Part shown: positions 59,530 through 64,000 of the stretch, piece by piece | Position numbering within the stretch: position 1 is the first letter of the stretch | How the letters are laid out: each line of letters opens with the position of its first letter | Source: an uncultured Gemmatimonadaceae bacterium | GTDB taxonomy: Bacteria; Gemmatimonadota; Gemmatimonadetes; Gemmatimonadales; Gemmatimonadaceae | Assembly (NCBI GenBank): GCA_963781585.1 | Contig: CAWAGQ010000004.1 | Coordinates: 1-64,000, forward strand | Direction: 5' to 3' | DNA length: 64,000 nt | The notes under the pieces: generated by a model | Databases searched by the model: none | Seen by the model: only the letters and a program-made list of their open reading frames with translations | Told to the model about the DNA's origin: nothing | Position numbers and translations under genes: made by a program

Positions 59530-60771
59530 ATGCACGTCCGCGGAGCGGCCTGGCTCGCGACCACCCTGTTGGGAATCGCGTTAGGTAGCGGCGGGCGTAT
59601 GGAACCTGGCTGGGCCTGGGACGGCCAGCGCGTGCCGCCGGTTGCAATCGGACCGACCCCAAACGCGGCGCAACGCTGCGGCGGGGTGACTGCATGCCGG
59701 GTTGCCGGCGGGCTGGTGTTCGAATCGATCAGCGCAGGGTTCGAGCACACCTGCGGCATTGCGACCTCGGGAGTGACGTACTGCTGGGGCGACGGGCGCG
59801 CGGGGGCACTGGGGGACGGTGCGACCGCGATCGCTCATCAGCCGATGCGGGTACGAAGCTCCGTGCGCTTCGTCGAGGTGCGGGCCGGCGGCGATTTCAC
59901 CTGTGCCCGCACAGAGGAAGGTGCGGTGTACTGTTGGGGGCGCAGCTACCCGGTGCCCGGACAGCCGAAGCTCAGCAGCCAACCGCAGCGCGTGCGATTC
60001 GACGACACGGCGATCGCGATTACGACCGGGCGGCGTCACGCCTGCCTGCTCGCGGTCGGCGGTGTCGCCTACTGCTGGGGCTTCAACGCCGATGGCGAGA
60101 CGGGGAACGGGACCAGCGGGATCGCGGCCAGTGTGGTTCCGGCTCCGACGCCGGTGGTAGGGGATCTGCAGTTCGTCGCGATCTCCGCCGGGCTCGACTT
60201 CACCTGCGCCCTCACCAACGGAGGCGTTCCGTACTGCTGGGGCTCGGACGTGGACGGGGTGATCGGGTATTCGGCGCCCGAACGCTGCGGCGACGTCGAT
60301 CCGCTCCCTTGTGCGGCGACGCCGGTGCGCGTGAATACGCCGCAGACGTTTTCGGAGATCGCAGCCGGGGGATCACACGTGTGCGCGCGCACGCACGATC
60401 GCGACTTGTTCTGCTGGGGATCGAATCTTCAGGGCCAGCTCGGCTCGCCGGTGCTGGGCAGCGAGGGGAAGGTGTACGCGCCGCGCGCCGTTCCGTTGCC
60501 GCAGCGTGTTCGGAACTTCATTTCGGTGGTGAGCGGCGGGAGCCACACCTGTGCCCTCGTTGCGCACGGACAACTGTATTGCTGGGGGCTGAACGCCAGT
60601 GGGCAGCTCGGCGCGCTGGGATTCTCCCAGGGCCAGTTCGAGCCGATCCTGAGCCAACCGCATTTGACGTTCATGCAAGTCACGGGTGGCGGATACCACA
60701 CCTGCGGGCTGACGCTGCGCGCCGAGGCGTACTGCTGGGGCGACAACCAGTACGGGGCGCTGGGCCGCTAG
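59530..60771 (+). CDS. RCC1-repeat (7-blade) secreted protein
   Basis: Seven (Y/F)CWG repeats, each preceded by a G..(H/F).C motif; hydrophobic N-terminus. Confidence 0.88.
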   Translation: MHVRGAAWLATTLLGIALGSGGRMEPGWAWDGQRVPPVAIGPTPNAAQRCGGVTACRVAGGLVFESISAGFEHTCGIATSGVTYCWGDGRAGALGDGATAIAHQPMRVRSSVRFVEVRAGGDFTCARTEEGAVYCWGRSYPVPGQPKLSSQPQRVRFDDTAIAITTGRRHACLLAVGGVAYCWGFNADGETGNGTSGIAASVVPAPTPVVGDLQFVAISAGLDFTCALTNGGVPYCWGSDVDGVIGYSAPERCGDVDPLPCAATPVRVNTPQTFSEIAAGGSHVCARTHDRDLFCWGSNLQGQLGSPVLGSEGKVYAPRAVPLPQRVRNFISVVSGGSHTCALVAHGQLYCWGLNASGQLGALGFSQGQFEPILSQPHLTFMQVTGGGYHTCGLTLRAEAYCWGDNQYGALGR

Positions 60772-60856
60772 CGCGGCCACGATCAGCAGCAGCGCGCCGA
60801 ACGCGTACGTTACCGCGACGGTCTCACGAGGTGGTCGCCACGAGAATCGCTGCGCG

Positions 60857-62107
60857 CTACGGCCTCTTGGCCGGTGGTTGCGGCGGCGCATCGTGCAGCA
60901 CGATCCGCGTTCCTTCGTATGCCACGGTCACGGACGCGCTCTGCTCCAGCGCCACGAGCGCGGTGCGCGCGGAGTCTATCCCCGCCGTGAAGGAAACGCG
61001 TCGATCCAGCAATGCTCCCTCGTCGCCCTTGAAGTTGAGTGCGTACCAGCGCCGCAACAGGGGAATGGTCTCGCGCAGGGTGCGGCCGGTCACGACAAAC
61101 CGGCCGTTGAGCCAGCTGAAGGCGTCGTCGAGAGTCGCCGCCGACGGGGTCGACATCATGCCGGACGAGGCGATCTCCACGGCTTCCCCCGCGGCGACCG
61201 CTCTGGTTTCCTTCGGCGCCTTCACCTTTACGGTACCCTCGCGCACTCGGACCGTGACCAGGTGATCCTCGGTGAACGCCGAGACATCGAAGGCCGTTCC
61301 GGTGGCCGTGATCGTGACGTCCCCTGCGCGCACCACGAACGGCATGACCCCATTGGGCGCCACCGCAAACGACGCGGTCCCGTCGAGGTGCACCGCGCGC
61401 AGCTGCGTGTTGAACGCCGGCGGGACGGTGAGCTCCGAATGCGAACCAAGCTGCACGCTGGTCGCGTCGGCGAGGTTCAGCGTTCCACGCTGGCCGTCCT
61501 CCGTGCCGACCTTGCGCGCGTTAGGCGACGCGAACGCACGAAGCATGAGGCCATCCCCATGCTGCTGTGGATACCAGACGAACACGCCCCAGGCGACCAG
61601 GGCCAGTGCCAGGACCCCGAGAATGGCCGGGATGGGACTCTTCCGTCGCCCGATCTGCGCCATGTGCTGCGCCGCCAGGTGCTTTGCGTCCTGCCGCGAC
61701 TCCGGGGAAGGAAGCTGCGGATGCAAGGCGACAAAGACCCGTTTCCAGGCCTCGTCCACCGAGTGTGCGGGGGCCGCGCGATGGTTGCCGACGTGGACCT
61801 TCTCGAAGCTCTCGAATCGATGGACCGAGGCCACACGCGCCTTCTCGTGTGCCACCGCGTCCTGGATCGCTCGTTCGAGGAACGACTCGAGGGCATCGGG
61901 CGTGGCGATTTCCTGGCGCGCTTGCCAGGCGGCAACGGTGGCGTGTTCGACGGCGCGCGCGCCGCGGCCAGGATCATTGAGTTCGGACGCCGCGCCAGCC
62001 AGAAACGCTTCGTAGCGGGCGCGGAACAGACGCTCCAGTGCGGACTCTTCCCCGGCATGAAACGCATCGAAGGTCCGCCGGTCGATGCTGACGGCGGTGG
62101 TCGGCAT
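60857..62107 (-). CDS. FecR-family transmembrane protein with N-terminal ECF sigma region-2-like domain
   Basis: TM ILGVLALALVAWGVFVWY; FecR motifs T..GQR..L.LAD, PFVV, GTAFDV, VREGTV, SWLNG; N-terminal ~90 aa resemble sigma2. Confidence 0.85.
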   Translation of the reverse strand: MPTTAVSIDRRTFDAFHAGEESALERLFRARYEAFLAGAASELNDPGRGARAVEHATVAAWQARQEIATPDALESFLERAIQDAVAHEKARVASVHRFESFEKVHVGNHRAAPAHSVDEAWKRVFVALHPQLPSPESRQDAKHLAAQHMAQIGRRKSPIPAILGVLALALVAWGVFVWYPQQHGDGLMLRAFASPNARKVGTEDGQRGTLNLADATSVQLGSHSELTVPPAFNTQLRAVHLDGTASFAVAPNGVMPFVVRAGDVTITATGTAFDVSAFTEDHLVTVRVREGTVKVKAPKETRAVAAGEAVEIASSGMMSTPSAATLDDAFSWLNGRFVVTGRTLRETIPLLRRWYALNFKGDEGALLDRRVSFTAGIDSARTALVALEQSASVTVAYEGTRIVLHDAPPQPPAKRP

Positions 62108-62335
62108 AGGGGGCTCCGGTGAACGTGGCGCGTCTATTAGCGCCCCCAGGCGACACAATGTCAGTCGGGCGGAAGCCGACTATCGGTCGGCATTCCGCGG
62201 AGCCGGTCGTAGGGTTGTCGCCCGCCCCGAGCGCCGGCAGATGGGCGCAACCGGGACGCCCCACTACCGGACGGCATGGCCCGAGAGACGGGCCAGGGTT
62301 GAGGCGAGCGGCCGGGCGCTGATGCGCTCGGCCGC

Positions 62336-62557
62336 TCAGTTCTTGTGTCGATACGTGATGCGGCCCCGCGTCAGGTCGTACGGCGACGCTTCGACCTTCA
62401 CCCGGTCTCCAACCAGCACCCGAATGCGGAAGCGACGCATGTTGCCGGCAAGAGTGGCGAGGATGGAGTGCCCGTTTTCGAGTTCCACCCGAAAGGTGGC
62501 GCTTGGGAGCACATCCGAGACGACGCCCTCGAGCTCAATGGGGGCTTCTTTCGTCAT
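62336..62557 (-). CDS. infA: Translation initiation factor IF-1
   Basis: [36 protein letters not shown]. Confidence 0.97.
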   Translation of the reverse strand: MTKEAPIELEGVVSDVLPSATFRVELENGHSILATLAGNMRRFRIRVLVGDRVKVEASPYDLTRGRITYRHKN

Positions 62558-62582
62558 CGGGCCGCTGCCCGGTGCGCAGCCG

Positions 62583-62774
62583 TCAACCCTTCCTCTGCTG
62601 CGAGCGAGCGCGTCGCCGCGCCGCGTTGAACTTGAGCTGGCGCGCGACGCTCGGCTTCACGTAACACCGGCGCTTGCGCAGCTCCTGCATCAGGCCCGAT
62701 CGCTGGACCTTCTTCTTGAAAGTCTTCAGCGCCCATTCCAGGCGATCCCCTTCGTCGAGTTTTACTTCGATCAT
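62583..62774 (-). CDS. rpsU: 30S ribosomal protein S21
   Basis: [24 protein letters not shown]. Confidence 0.9.
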   Translation of the reverse strand: MIEVKLDEGDRLEWALKTFKKKVQRSGLMQELRKRRCYVKPSVARQLKFNAARRRARSQQRKG

Positions 62775-62894
62775 TCTATCCCCGTGTGGCGGTTGTCGCG
62801 ACGAAGCCCGCGACTGGCAAAAACAGAAAGCCGGCCCGACAAGGGTCAGACCGGCCTCCCGGTACAGATCAGGGTGACCGCGAGAGCGGTCGGA

Positions 62895-63107
62895 TCAACG
62901 CCCAAGCTTGACGACGTTCTCGGCGGCCGGTCCCTTCTGCCCCTGCACCACGTCGAACTCGACCCGTTCGCCCTCGGCCAGCGACCGGAACCCGTCGGAC
63001 CGGATCGCGGAATGATGGACGAAGCAGTCCTTGTCGCCGTTTTCCGGCGTGATGAAACCGAAGCCCTTCTGGTCATTGAACCACTTCACTGTGCCGGTGA
63101 TACGCAT
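62895..63107 (-). CDS. Cold-shock protein (CspA family)
   Basis: GTVKWFN, KGFGFI (RNP1), FVHHSAI (RNP2), KGPAAENV. Confidence 0.97.
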   Translation of the reverse strand: MRITGTVKWFNDQKGFGFITPENGDKDCFVHHSAIRSDGFRSLAEGERVEFDVVQGQKGPAAENVVKLGR

Positions 63108-63388
63108 GCCTGTTATCCTCTAAAGAATTTGTTCCGCCGGACTTCGTGGCACCGCCACGCAACCCGACAACTTGTTGTTCGTGGTGTGCGCCCCCACGAC
63201 GGGCCTCGTCTGCATCGGGAGCCAAGGTCAGTGGCGACGTCACCCAAACAGTCGCCGCGTCTCTTTCGCCATACGACCTTCCCGTGACCGCGAGCAGGTC
63301 CTGACTGCAAAAAGGGCCATCGCGTCGAGCGAGGCCCTCGCTTCCGCCATGAGACGTTTCGCGCCCTGCGCACGTTACTCGCCGGTGA

Positions 63389-63418
63389 ACAGTAGCACGT
63401 ACCCGGGCGCGGAGTCAA
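63389..63418 (-). promoter_or_regulatory. Sigma70-type promoter for csp-rpsU-infA
   Basis: Minus strand TTGACT-18 nt-TACTGT with extended -10 TGn. Confidence 0.6.
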
Positions 63419-63636
63419 TCGAGGGCCCTGGCGCGACCGGCCCGGCGGCGGCCGGGTCGCGGGCAACCGGGTCGTTCCTACGACCGGACCGGGCCACCTT
63501 TCCCCCACCCCGCAGGACGAATAGTCTCAGCGTGGCATTTCACCGAGTCCCGGCCCGGGCTCCCCGCCGGCAGGCCAGCTCCACCCGACGGTGACTCAGG
63601 TCACTCCCTTCCGCCCCGCGTCCCGGCCCAGCAGTC

Positions 63637-64000
63637 ATGTCGCGCATTCCCCTCGGCCGCATTTCCGACGAGCGATTGCTCAGGGTCCGTCTCAAGGACC
63701 TGGGCCTAACGATCGAAGGCACCTGGCTCGAAGGCTGCGTGCACAAGCTGTACGAGGAACTGGCCGAGCGCGGGTTGCTGCTGCGACCCCACGTCTGGCT
63801 GTCCGACGACTGGTTCTCGCCGGGCGGAGTGGCCGGGTTTGCGGTGCCTTTCTATCTGGTTCATCCGCGACTGCGCCGCCTGGAGCGAAACCAGTTTCTG
63901 GACGTGGAAGGCGCGTCGCGCGCCGAGTGCATGCGCATCATGCGGCACGAGACGGGACACGCCGTGCAGCACGCCTATCAGCTGCAGCGTCGCCGCCGCT
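63637..64000 (+). CDS. Putative zinc-binding metallopeptidase, 5' part (runs off window)
   Basis: Read directly: MSRIPLG...WLSDDWFSP...PFYLVHPRL...MRHETGHA (HExxH); no stop before window end. Confidence 0.75.
   Translation, partial: MSRIPLGRISDERLLRVRLKDLGLTIEGTWLEGCVHKLYEELAERGLLLRPHVWLSDDWFSPGGVAGFAVPFYLVHPRLRRLERNQFLDVEGASRAECMRIMRHETGHAVQHAYQLQRRRR

Noticed and set aside
1..64000. CRISPR arrays, tRNA/rRNA genes, transposases, integrases, inteins (including within nrdJ)
   Set aside because: No regularly spaced repeats, cloverleafs or signature motifs were seen by eye; not excluded without tRNAscan/Infernal

Overview
GC-rich bacterial chromosomal window, probably Gemmatimonadota (inferred from lineage-type EF-Tu and uL2 motifs; no search was run). 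0.35-17 kb is the fusA-tuf / S10 / spc / secY-adk-map ribosomal superoperon. Its first ~12 kb carries many frameshifts and lost or gained stops that look like sequencing errors. The operon ends after map, without infA-rpmJ or the alpha operon. 17-56 kb is mostly housekeeping and envelope genes: ftcD, suhB, trpS, pilT-like ATPase, dapA-like lyase, purA, ypdA-like reductase, glyQS, priA, ccdA, murQ-anmK, an amidase, nrdJ and UPF0182. It also holds a signalling-type cluster (GAF histidine kinase, small hypothetical, ubiquitin-like beta-grasp protein, HDAC, orphan GvpL/F, Zn-ribbon Ser/Thr kinase) and a PP2C + double-FHA pair. 56-64 kb holds an accessory block of secreted proteins (Cys-rich lipoprotein, Asp-box protein, 7-blade RCC1 protein), an apparent ECF-sigma-region-2/FecR chimera, a csp-rpsU-infA cassette with a long leader, and a partial HExxH protein. 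The best candidates for undescribed biology are the sigma2-FecR fusion and the ubiquitin-like cluster. No rRNA, tRNA, CRISPR array or transposase was recognised.
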